A stretch of 59,094 bases of DNA, the filler included, from Globobulimina sp. (taxonomy: Eukaryota): the NCBI GenBank assembly GCA_003354225.1. It is 11 parts of 11 records of this genome, joined end to end, with 100 filler letters (N's around TTAATTAATTAA, not from the genome) between each part and the next. Parts side by side here need not be neighbours in the genome. Positions count along the whole stretch, not along the records: positions 1 to 5,299 come from PIVH01000640.1; positions 5,400 to 10,688 come from PIVH01000641.1; positions 10,789 to 16,076 come from PIVH01000642.1; 8 more parts are not named here. One strand, 5' to 3'. Position numbers and translations under genes: made by a program. Each line of letters begins with the position of its first letter. The stretch's first letter is position 1. Under the pieces are notes generated by a model, which was given only the letters and a program-made list of their open reading frames with translations, had not been told where the DNA came from and did no database searches. Of this stretch, positions 1-11,565 are shown in pieces.

Positions 1-269
1 GTCGTATTATTGTTAGTGTTATTCACATTATTTTTCATAGCTAGGTATTTTCGAAACGAATCCATTCCTTTTTGTCGTAGTTGCTTTGCTTCATTTAAAT
101 ATTTCGTGTACAATTCCTTTAATGTTTGAAATTCAATATATGATGGTGATGACGGTGAAGTAGAACCCAAATGATCATCAATTTGTCGCAATGCTCCTTC
201 TAGTTTAAATACACCATCTACCGGCTGTAAACCAGCCAAATGTTGCACATCTACTGAATTAAACTGCAT
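1..269 (-). CDS. Hypothetical protein, 3'-partial (MQFNSVDVQHLAGLQPVDG...)
   Basis: ATG at 269; frame is open to the window edge. Confidence 0.5.
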   Translation of the reverse strand, partial: MQFNSVDVQHLAGLQPVDGVFKLEGALRQIDDHLGSTSPSSPSYIEFQTLKELYTKYLNEAKQLRQKGMDSFRKYLAMKNNVNNTNNNT

Positions 270-368
270 CCTCAAACAGTTTTTGACTTTTTGTTTGTTA
301 GTGATAAATATACAGCACATAAAATGCAAACGTAACACACAGTCTGAGAATAATTATACTTTATACAT

Positions 369-3065
369 TTATTGTTTAATGAATTTTGATATCTTTGAAA
401 CATCAATATTTTTGTAGGATTGAACTTGATGCAATTTGGATTGATTAAAATTTAAACTATTTAACAGAAACGAAGCAGTGGATTGCTCGCATTTTGTATC
501 TGTTAATGTTGAAATAATCAAATATAACTCATCAACATCCTGATAACATTTAGCTTTTATTTGTTGACTGCTCATTATATACTTTAACATTTCCATTTTA
601 TTGAAACGTAGAGCCATTGAAATGGAATTGTCATTAAACGGAGATCCATCCCTTGCAAATAGTCCATCCATAAATGCTTTATCACCGATCAAAGAACGAA
701 TTTTCTTTAAAGTGCTGACTTTACCCAATCTAACAATTTGTGACATTAATGTAAATAAATGATATTTATTGGAAGTTTTGTATTTTTCCGCTGTTGGCTT
801 ATAACGATATAACATCATTTCAGTCAAAACCTTTTTGCTAATATTTAAGTGATTTAACATGTAATCCATCAAATCTTTATTGGTATTCACTGTGAACAAA
901 TGAAACAACAAACGAAATAAATCATTTTTCTGTGTATATGTTTTCTTAATTTCTTCCATGTCAAATAAGATTCGAGCAATGGATACTTGCCCATATCTGA
1001 TGCAATATTCTGCGGGGCGCGTATCCGATTTATTTGCTTTCAAAACAAGTGCAATAAACGCATCATTTGTATGCAGTGATTTTAAAAATAAAAACGCTTT
1101 TTCATGACCAAATGTGCAGATTCTATGCAAAATATTGTTTTTACGGTTATCAGATTTCATTATCTCATCAATTGTCTTGTTATTAATAACCATCATATCA
1201 CATAACCCATTCACGTCTCCTCTGTTTCCTGCAATAAAGAGTTGCAAATCCTCATCGAGCAACATAGGGAGTACCTTTTGCACCGAATTTTGTATGGAAT
1301 CTTGTTCTCTTTTTATGGAATAGAGGTCGTGCGCTTTGTTTTTATATTCTTTCATTGTTCGAAGCAAGAACTGTACCTCTCCAATGATGCTGTGATGCTT
1401 TCCTTTAATTAATACATTGAGTTTAATATCGGCATAATCAGTCTTTTCAATATATTCAATAAATAAATTTTTATCTCGTACAATGGCAATGATATTGCCG
1501 GATTGGTAGTACTTGATTTTGTTAACAAATAATTCCAACGCAGCCAACAAAGATGTGATATCATCAAAAATCAATGCACATCGATTTATATCCACAACAC
1601 AAGCACTTGTTGGATATGTTTTATTGCCATAATCATTTATTGCCTTTTCTCGCGCTCTCTCGATCACCTTAACAGGGCCTTGCATGTATTCTATCTTTCC
1701 ATTGTCAGCACCGATCACTGCTTCATTTGTCACTCTGTTGACGGCAAACATATTTTGAACAGATTCCTGAAACTCGGTATCAACAATTTGGGCCAATAGT
1801 ATCAACTCTGATAAATATTGGTTATAATCGTAGAATTTGGGAGCATTAAAAGTAGCTCCCGATGACTCTGATAACTGATGATATGTATATTTAGTAACAA
1901 TGCCATTTTTAATCATATCTTGTCTGCAACTCACACGTTCGTTATTTTCATGAGCCAAACACTGCCATTTGGTCAATCTATCCCAAGCACTGTGATTTTC
2001 AGAGGCCAATTTTATTAAATCCTTCTCCAACTCTTTTAATTGACTCATTGCTGCAAAATCGACCAATTTTAGCAACTCAAAGTATAAATAATAAGAGTCG
2101 TCCGCATTCTTCTCCTCTTTCTCCTTCTCCTCTTTCTCCTCATTCTCATTGTTTGGACGCGATATTTTCTTAAACCAAATCTTAACGTATTAAACATATA
2201 TATATTAATAAAATATATAGCAATAGAGACCAGCTAGAAAGTTGGCCGACGTACAGTTGATGGGATGATCATTGTTTTCAACCAAGCCCAATCTCTCTTG
2301 CTTCTGTTTTGAACAATTTGGGAGCACACTGAAGATATAGTTTTCCATAAATCACTGTCTAATGGATTTTGTTGCTGTGATACCACATTCCAACACCAAC
2401 TGAGCATTTGATCTGAAAAAGATAGTTTTTTTGAAATTTTATTAATGATTAGTTCCATTGTTATTCCTTGATATAACTCTTTGGTTTGTTGTCCAATCAA
2501 TGACAATTCATTCGACGTGTTTTGATTGATACCATTTTGTCTATGCATTGTATCTGCATTAAATTTTATTTTATTCCCAATGTTAACATTCATTTTACTG
2601 AATATTAATAACTGTTTAACGTGGTGATATCCATAGCGTTCAGCAAGGGACAAAGCAGTATATCCTTCATTGTCTGTATGGTCTACGTCGGCATCATTAT
2701 TGAGACAAACTTGAACCAAATCGTATGCTCCATAACGAGCAGCAATTACTAATAATGTTTCACCTGTTATAAAATATTTGATTGGATGTTACGTTATTTT
2801 TGATTGGATGTTATAATTATTATTAATTACCTTTTTGGTTTATATCATGCACAGTCACTTTTTTGTTTTTAACCATTAATTTAATTTCACCAATATCACC
2901 TGTTCGAACTTTAGAATGTATATCATCCCAAAAATCAGAAGTATGTACAATATTGATTTTATTTGCTTTCTTTAATTCATCATAATCTTTTTGTAGTAAA
3001 TCTTTCTCTTTTTTTAATGTCTGTAACTGCAATCTCAAACTTTGCAGTTCAAATTCATTTTCCAT
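369..3065 (-). CDS. Ankyrin-repeat protein with a central RelA/SpoT-like (alarmone synthetase fold) nucleotidyltransferase domain, about 851 aa, 3 exons (3065-2831, 2763-2255, 2180-369)
   Basis: GT-AG introns 2830-2764 and 2254-2181 join three ORFs in frame. Splicing restores ankyrin repeats (GETLLVIAARYGAYDLVQVCL; GYTALSLAERYGYHHVKQLL). Synthetase-like motifs GPVKVIERAREK, DINRC, RDKNLF, YADIKLNV, GEVQF; more ankyrin-like repeats C-terminal. Confidence 0.8.
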
Positions 3066-3144
3066 CTTTGTTAGTTGAGAGCTAGACAGTTTTTTAGTGG
3101 AAAATTCAAGAATATTAAGTGGGTCACGATAAAAATTAAAAAAG

Positions 3145-4079
3145 TTACAATTTTGGTGTGGGAATAATCAAACATTTTGTTTCTGCTTCATTATCATCAT
3201 CCGTACTTTTCTCATTGTCATCAGTATCATTGTTATCGCGTATAAAATAAAATGATGCATAATATAATAAAGGTGTCGTATATAATGCAATAACAATGTC
3301 GACACTATAATGTTTTCTCGCCGCTATAATTAATATTATGAGAAGAATCTCTGATGGTATCATAATACAAAAAAAAACGACCCGAAACAATCTCTTTGTC
3401 ATTAATAGTTTGCCATAAACAAATATAGATAATATTAAAGTTAATGATAATGCTGTATGCGAACTAAATATTAAATCACCACATCCCTTTGTTGGATTAA
3501 TTCGAAATAAAACTTGAGATATATTTTTTGGTTCAGAATATGCATTTGATCCCGGTTGACAATGAGGTGCTGGCCCTGGCAAAGACGTTGCGAGGAATGT
3601 AAAACAGCGCGCTATGATACATAAAGCCATTACAAATAATGTTCTGATGACGACACAACTCTTTTTATTTTATTTTATTTTATTTATTGTATTAAACAAC
3701 AATGGACAATTCAACATACCATGTGAACAGGCGGGCGTTTATAAAGAAATGGGAGCAGAGATAAGCAAAAAGCAGCTATAAAAATGAATATGAATGCGAA
3801 TTCTGATAAAGGAAGTAGATCGTCAGACAGTTGAGGTATTAAATCATATCCGACATCTTTTAGTCGCAATCCTTGAACATGTCTGTAATATGCTAGATTT
3901 GTAGCAGGAGCGTGAAGGAATTGAATTGCAATACATGTTAAAAGCAGATACTTTCGTTTCCATAATAATTGTGCCTCAAATTTCCATCTTGAACAGGAAA
4001 ATAGTGATATCTTTAGTGTGTAAACTAATGCATGACAACATTTTGGATAGATTGACTGACGATGCTCATTTAGTAACAT
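3145..4079 (-). CDS. Inositol phosphorylceramide synthase / sphingomyelin synthase family (PAP2_C), 2 exons
   Basis: Intron 3719-3661 in frame; motifs TSLPGPAPHC, GCGDLIFSSH, AARKHYSVD resemble plant IPCS; several TM helices. Confidence 0.85.
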
Positions 4080-4367
4080 GTGATGTTTAATTATATTATT
4101 ATTAACGAGAAATAAAAATTATAGAACACTGTAATGTGATTATGAACGCAGTTTAACTCATAATTCAATCCTATTTTGTCTACATTTTCACCACAGTCCA
4201 AGTGTTTGGTTGTTTGGTGTTTGGTGATAGATAGACTAGATTTGATGGTGGAACTTTTCAAAAAATGCAGCTGTACTTTTTCAGTAAAAACACTTTTTTT
4301 TACTGTGAAACTCAACCATTCTCTGTCAACGAACCAAGTCATTCATATTTCGTAATGATTTAACTCA

Positions 4368-5299
4368 ATGAGTAAAAGAAATTCTTTCTCTGAAAAAATC
4401 GGTAAATATCTTGGTTTTTTTCCAGCTGCATATTCTTTACCAAACGAAGAAAAACGAGAAAACGACAAAGACAATAATAACAATAAAAATATAAACAACA
4501 ACATTAATAAAATGGCTCATCCAGGTCTTTCAATGTCAAATAATCAAAATTATCATCATAATAAGCAAAATAATTATAATTATAAGAATAACAATGATGT
4601 ATTTGACACGAAAAACTTTGATAAGATCGATTATATTGTACAAATTCCTTTAATTGACAATCCAAACGAACGACAAACTCGATTTTTATTGGCAATGGAT
4701 TATACCTTACCGGCGCGCGATGGCTTAGGTATAATGGACACCGCATTAGAACATATTGTACATTACTATGATATGAATAAAGTTGAATTGATATTCTGTG
4801 AAATGTGGCAATCTGTCTGCTTATTTATAGAGTTTCACGATACAACGTCATGCACCAATGCATATAATCAATTGTTTCAATTTTTTAAAACCATATTTTA
4901 CGTTGAAAATCTATCGCAATTGGAAGAATTATGGATTTGTGGCCATTGTAAACATTATAACCAATTTGATGAATATTTGCGTGGCTTAAATAGCATAAAC
5001 GACAAAAGAAAAACAAAAAAAGGCGATGAGTATATTTATTGGTGCAATCGCTGCAAAAACGTCAACCACCCATCATTTAAGAAAATAAAATATTCGTATC
5101 AAAGCTTACCAAAACCGAATAAAAAAAGAAAATCTAACCGGGATCAAATTGGGTCTGTCTCCTTTCCATGTTCTAAACCAAAATGGGTCGACGCAAAATC
5201 GCAACCCATCGCTAATCGTGCATTGACATTGGGGGCACCACAAAATCACAATGTTAACAATGTTAATATTAATAATGATGCTGACGTATTGCGTACAGT
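4368..5299 (+). CDS. Hypothetical protein with Asn-rich N-terminus, possible RRM-like segment and split C4 zinc finger; 3'-partial
   Basis: Long ORF; WICGHCKHYN ... WCNRCK; LFIEFHD is RNP1-like. Confidence 0.55.
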
Positions 5300-5399
5300 N
5301 NNNNNNNNNNNNNNNNNNNNNNNNNNNNNNNNNNNNNNNNNNNTTAATTAATTAANNNNNNNNNNNNNNNNNNNNNNNNNNNNNNNNNNNNNNNNNNNN
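5300..5399. other. Artificial contig linker (N run + TTAATTAATTAA + N run); same linker at 10689-10788, 16077-16176, 21461-21560, 26845-26944, 32225-32324, 37604-37703, 42980-43079, 48354-48453, 53725-53824
   Basis: Identical 100-nt spacer with stops in all six frames; flanking contigs fall steadily in length from 5299 to 5270 nt. Confidence 0.98.
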
Positions 5400-8300
5400 C
5401 AAATAAAATATCCAATCTGCCCACGGTTCGCCACCGCCAATCAACAATGCTTCGATTGCCTGCGATGGGACCCATAGCACATAGGCCCAGGATGGATATA
5501 TCAAACCGCAGCTCACATAGTCATTATTATTCCCTTTCGCCTCGCACTTTGTTATAATAAACTTATACCACTGTGGATTATAAACATTTTGTCCATGTGG
5601 CATCGGCACAAACTCCGCAAGTACAACTTCGCCCAATCTCTCCCCCGCCGCTATGGTAGTACTACCCCGAATTGGTTTGATCCTTTGCTGGGAATTAAAA
5701 TGACTGCCAACCGTATCATTTAAATATACAAATCGCCATTCAATCTCCACATCGTATGCCAAATAATACGGATATCTGCCCAGCAACAACACGTTCATTT
5801 GCACGCCGTACGAAGGCAAAAATAGCAACTGTGTGTGCTCAATTTGTGTGCCTTGCGGGTAGTCACTGCCAATACATTGATAATTATCTTTATCCACCAC
5901 ACACGCACATCGCTCATCACCTGAACAAACGGTCGCGTCGTCGGAATATACAAATACGCCAATCTCTGGGTTGCTGGGTGACATTGTTGGCCTCAATGTA
6001 GGTGATAGTGTGGGAGGGACAGTCGGGGAAAGTGTCCGAATATCGCACTGCGTCCACTCCGCATACATAATCTCGGTGTCGTATCTATTCACGGTACTCA
6101 TTTTAAAGAGCGTCTCGTAACTGATACCGATGCCATTGGTGGATATTTCTTCGTTATATGTGGCATGCACAGTGCCTACATCTTGTGCTCGTAGCTCATA
6201 GCGTCCATTATATGCCTCCGCATAATTAATCATATATTTTACATCATGGATAGCCGGCGTATTGCCATTAGTTTCATAGTGTGGTATTTTAAACGTAATA
6301 TTGTATAATTCATCGCCTTTAATTAACACAATGCACCATTCAATGGGTAGATAATACGTCGGTGAGACCGTGGGTGTCTGTGATGGATTGGCTGTCGGCA
6401 CGACAAGCGGTGCCGTTGTGGGTGATGGGATCGTTGGCGATATTGTTGGATATTCGGTGGGCGAAGCAGTGATAATATCACATACCGCCGTATGCGGTGA
6501 AAATTGCCATATTTGACCGCTGCCACCAACCAATTGTTGGGCCTTTAATTCAATCTCCGCCGCGCTGATATTGGTCACTTGTAATATGACATTGGGTATG
6601 ATCTGCGGTGAGAATTGATTCTGATTTAATATCCGTTTATTCACTCCATTGACGTACATATATATCTTGCGATGCTCTGGCAACGACAATGGATGCAATG
6701 ATGGATCCGATTCAATCCATGCAATATGCCAATCACTGCCACCATTATTATTATTGTTAACCACTGTGATGACACAGCCTTGCAACACCCACCATGTATA
6801 TGTGGGCGATAATGTCGGTATAAGTGTGGGATGAATGCTTGGGTGGTCAGAGGGTGGTGTACTCGGTGAATGTGTGGGTAATGCTGTGGGCGCAGAGCTA
6901 AACCACTCACATACGGTGGCTTGCGCATACATCAACGCATCGAACCATGGATCTCGGTCCAAATCCAGTGTAGAATCATTGCGTTCGTGTATGACAACGG
7001 ACACTTTTATTTGCAGTTTATTGCCATATACTAACTGTGTGGCGTTATAATTATACGGTAAGCTCTCCGCATAAAAGGTTCGATTGTGTACTTTCCACGC
7101 ACGGACATCCCCATTATCCATCTCAGTGAAGTATAATTTATACGCATCGTTAAATTGCTCCCTATTAAACGTATCTGATGCGGATACATTGGCCGCAGTC
7201 CATTGCACATCAATGGTAATCAATCGATGCGTACCTGGCCTGATGGTGACAGTGCACGCATCAATGGGTGGTAAGCCTAAGGTGGGTGCCGGTGTGGGGG
7301 AGGACGTAGGTTCCATAGTTAACAATTTGCAGACAGTCCACTCACTGGAATATGATATGGATGCATCATCGTCGAAGGCCACCATTGCACGCACCTCTTG
7401 CTTGTATACATTTGGATATCGATATTCCATGTTCAATAAAGTGAAGCCGCGTTGATTGACGGGCGTGGCTTGTATTTTTAAGTGATGTTCGTCATTTTGA
7501 AAGGTATACCACTTTACTTGGTACCATACGGTGTATAAATTGCTCCAATCAATGGCTGGTTTGTTCCACGAGGCATCGCCGCCGGGAAGACCGGTGTGGT
7601 CGACGTCAGAGTTGAGGATAATGGAGCAATTTATGGGCGGTACTACGCAATTACAAGTGGGTAAGTCGTGGATGTTATGGCAATGATCGTTGCAGTTGCA
7701 TAAGCCGGTGGTAATATTGCATGTGCCGTTAAGGTCTCCGCCAGTCTGACAGTTGTGGTCAGAACATGTGGCTTCGCATTCAATTGGTAAATGGCCGGGT
7801 GTCCCGTATATTGTACAGGATTGTTTCCAGCATTGTCCGTTTCGTGGATCACAAGATCGATCTCTTTTGTATTGTATATATTGTATTGATTATAGAATTG
7901 TGTAATTAAAACGTACCTTAATTCATAAGTAAAACCATCATCAATGAGAGTCCAATCTGAGGCAGCAGTCATTCCATAGGATATATCCATAACTTGTCTC
8001 TGTATAATATCCGTTGCATCATAGATAATGACATTCCAATTGGTTATTGAGCTGCGCAGTGTGTCGTAACTATTTGGTATTGATATATAAATGGACTGGT
8101 TACAGAAATGATTTGTTGGTGGTAGTAATGTACAGACACAATCATAACACCAAGCAGTGTCTGGCAGAGCAATATGAGCATTATCATAAATGACTAGATA
8201 TGTACCGTACGGCCAATTATTGCCATATGCAGAACGTACGATATTTGAGGCACTTATATCTCCATCAAAGGTGCCCGTAATTTTAAAATTATACAAGGAT

Positions 8301-9172
8301 AGGTCCATATCTTTGACATCGTTATAAAATTCAACAAATGGTACGGGATGGTATGGATTTATGGTATCGGCCATGTTTCCCAATGATGGTTTTATTTCAG
8401 TCAATAAAAATGAAACATCTCTACATAAAAAGTCATCCGTCACATTTCTATCCCTTCCAAATGCGGCATTCGTAAAGTTAACAACTTCAATAATATCTTC
8501 TGGACGTTTTACTAAACAATCGATTCGAGCACGAGTCCAAGATACACCAACACCGATTATCATCACATCCACTCCCAATTCATCCAGTTTTGATATCAAA
8601 TCACATGGGGTCTGATCCACTGGCCGTGGGTCTCCTATTTATTGTTAATTGTGCAAGGATGATATGCATATTACATATCAATATAATATACCATCCGTAA
8701 TGAGAACTAGTCGTCGTTGAGGAGCATGACTTTGATGTTCAAATAAATATATCGCCGCAACAACAGCATCTTTCATGTATGTCCAACCTCGCGTATACTG
8801 CAAATTGGTGACTTTTTCGAGTATTTTTGTTCGATTTTGATCATCAGATAATTGATAACGAATCGTTGCGTCTGATGCAAATTGGACAATACCAATTGGG
8901 GATGATACTGGTATCCCACTCGAGATCAAGTCAATCACAAATTGTTTTTCTACGCTCCAACCACTTTCTTGAACGGAGCCAGATGAATCCATTATTATTA
9001 CTACGTCTTGAACGATGAGTGAATTACAGATACATTTTGATAGTGACACATGCCATAGACATCGTGATTGATTCTCACATTGCGTTTGGCTCTCAAAAAC
9101 GATACATGAGTTGCAATTGGCGATATGAAATAGATGACATGATAGTATTAATATTAATATATGTTTGGTCAT
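5400..9172 (-). CDS. Large secreted/surface protein: signal peptide, vWA domain, lamin-tail-like domain, Cys-rich EGF-like segment, FN3-like units separated by Pro/Thr (SPT) linkers; 3'-partial
   Basis: Introns 8691-8635 and 7916-7864 join the ORFs in frame; MIDAS DSSGS and LITDG; TEIKP..FVEFYN..CWKQSCTIYGTPG; repeated PTxSPT. Confidence 0.8.
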
Positions 9173-9274
9173 TTTCTTTTGTTTGAGCTATATATATTAT
9201 AAGCAAAGTTGAAAACTTTCAAAAAACTGCTGCATCATGTCAGAGTCATTCAAAATATTCATTTGTTCGAGATT

Positions 9275-10130
9275 ATGAAGATAATGGAGGACATTATAAT
9301 GGATTGGACTGATAGACGTGAACAAAATAATAATACAACACAATTCGAATGTAAATCTGATGCATTTGACTGTGTCGATAACGTATCCGAACATTTAATG
9401 TGCTCAATTTGTTTTAATCCATTTTGGCCTCCTAAACTATTGATATGTGGCCATATATTTTGTAAACAGTGCATAGAATGTAGTATTACGGAAAATGGCC
9501 GTAAATGTCCTCTCTGCAATCAAACAGTTAATTGTTTACTACTAAATATAAATGAATATCAATTTAATTATTATTATACAGTTTGAATTAGATAGCATAA
9601 GAGATGCAAGCTATTCATTAAAATCAATATTAAGCGAATTAAAAGTAAAATGTCCAAATTGGAAATGTTGTCAAATTATAGAAAGAAGGGATAAAATCGA
9701 CCAGCATCTCTCAAAATGTTTTGCAATGAATTGTAATAATTGTGACCAGCATCCCATTGGACAATGTGGACTACAAATTATTAAATGTTCAAATATTGGA
9801 TGTAATGTAAACGTTACACGACAACAAATGAATGATAAACATGTAAATGAATGTCAATTTAAACGCAGCAGCACTAATTCCAGTACATTGACGCAGCAAC
9901 AAAGGGATAGAATTAAAATGAATAAAGAGAGAGCATTACAAAGGAGAGCAATGCATACCCATAGATTATCTCAATTGCAATATAATCATTCCAAAAATAC
10001 TAATATTAATAATGGAACTGTATTATCACAGGAGGCTAAAACAAGGATTCAACAAAACAGACAAAAAGCGTTAGAAAGACTTAGAGCGCGTCGATCCAAC
10101 TCAACGAGGCTTGTTTTCACACAACAATAA
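9275..10130 (+). CDS. RING (C3HC4) + TRAF-type zinc finger protein with two C-terminal RPA32-binding-like helices, about 266 aa, 2 exons
   Basis: CSICFNP..CGHIFCKQCI..CPLC; intron 9527-9581 gives CPLCNQTFELDS...LKVKCPN; start codon uncertain. Confidence 0.8.
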
Positions 10131-10272
10131 TTTCCTTATTTAAATATTTAATGTATCCCTTTAATGTTTTAAATTAAATGGAATTTCGTTCGAAAAAGTG
10201 TTCGTTTACAAATTACAACCACACAGTCACAGATACAGGGACAGAGACAGGCAGACAAGTAAAATATGCAAT

Positions 10273-10688
10273 TCATACTGTTTTACCTTCGTTTCTCGTT
10301 TGAGTTCCTTCAATTCTCCGCGTTTGTTTTGGCGTTGAATTCCAAATATAACATGCATCTTTTTTATTTTTTGTACCAATGATAAGTTCAATATCATGTG
10401 GATCATTTATATAATGGTAGAATGATTCAAATGTGAGTATACCTTTACGTTCCAATAAATCATAATATTCGTTATAGACATTGATTTTTTTTAACCACTC
10501 CACAAATTTCTTCATGTTCTGTGAAAACATTTTGATTTGTTTTTCAAACATTTTAATATGTAATTTATTACTAATGACACTGTTCAACGTTTGTTTATCA
10601 AAAAGTTCCAATAAACGGATGTCATTATATTCGAAATTCTTAAATTTAAACAGATACATATCCCCCATATGCGCATTAATCGCAATCT
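10273..10688 (-). CDS. C-terminal fragment with tandem SAM-like helical domains; 5'-partial
   Basis: Pattern FVEWLKKI..YYDLLERKGILTFESF; cut by contig end. Confidence 0.5.
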
Positions 10689-10788
10689 NNNNNNNNNNNN
10701 NNNNNNNNNNNNNNNNNNNNNNNNNNNNNNNNTTAATTAATTAANNNNNNNNNNNNNNNNNNNNNNNNNNNNNNNNNNNNNNNNNNNN

Positions 10789-11383
10789 GCGATCAAGCCG
10801 TGAGCTTTGACGACAAAGTCAAACAAACAGTCCCCGCCGTCTTCCTGCAACAGATAAAAATCTGTGTGGGTTTGGAAAAACCATTGATATTTGACAATGG
10901 AGTCTGGACAGTCGGACTGCGTCGTTAAGTATTTCATAATGTGCTGTTCAGATAATATGTCTTCCCGGACAGTCACTGTTTGACTGCCAAAAATTGCAGC
11001 TGACTGTGTGTGTAATTGCTGTCTGGTCACTTTTAAAATTGATGTTTTATTTTGGATGGATTTATTTGTGTTTTTGGATATTCTCCATATGCTTCCTGGA
11101 TATATACAGATTTGTGTAGGTATAGTTTGCATGCATTCAAATTAAATGTGGCTACACACAATGGATTACCTTGCAAGCTGTCTGATATTTTGTAGCAAGA
11201 TGTGAAACCGATTTTTTTTGCCACACGCTCAATTTCGGCTTGGTCTTTGAACTCATCCGTTACAAAACACATGTCAGTGGTTGACTGTGCTGGGGAAATG
11301 GATGCGGGTGATATTGGTGATATGGGTGATGATGGTGATATTGCTGAGTTTTGTAATTTTGCGTTGATTGGATAACTATTCAT
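10789..11383 (-). CDS. Ser/Thr protein kinase N-lobe, 3'-partial, one intron (about 11169-11099)
   Basis: YKISDSLQG|SIWR, ILKVT, EDILSEQHIMKYL, IVKY, YLLQEDGGDCLFDFV. Confidence 0.75.
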
Positions 11384-11565
11384 ATTTATTATGAATGGTC
11401 AATGGTTGATCAACAGGTATAACTTGGTTGACTTGTATTACTTGTATGACTTGTATTAGTTGAAAGATAGTTTTTTTTTTTGAGCAAGCTTGAAAAAAAT
11501 CACTGTTAATTCTTCTCTTCAAAACACTAAGAAATCAATCTCCCCCCCTCAACATCTAACCTTGG

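Noticed and set aside
7643-7916. C-terminal part of ORF 7643-8620
   Set aside because: Read-through of an intron; the real exon is in another frame and encodes the Cys-rich segment
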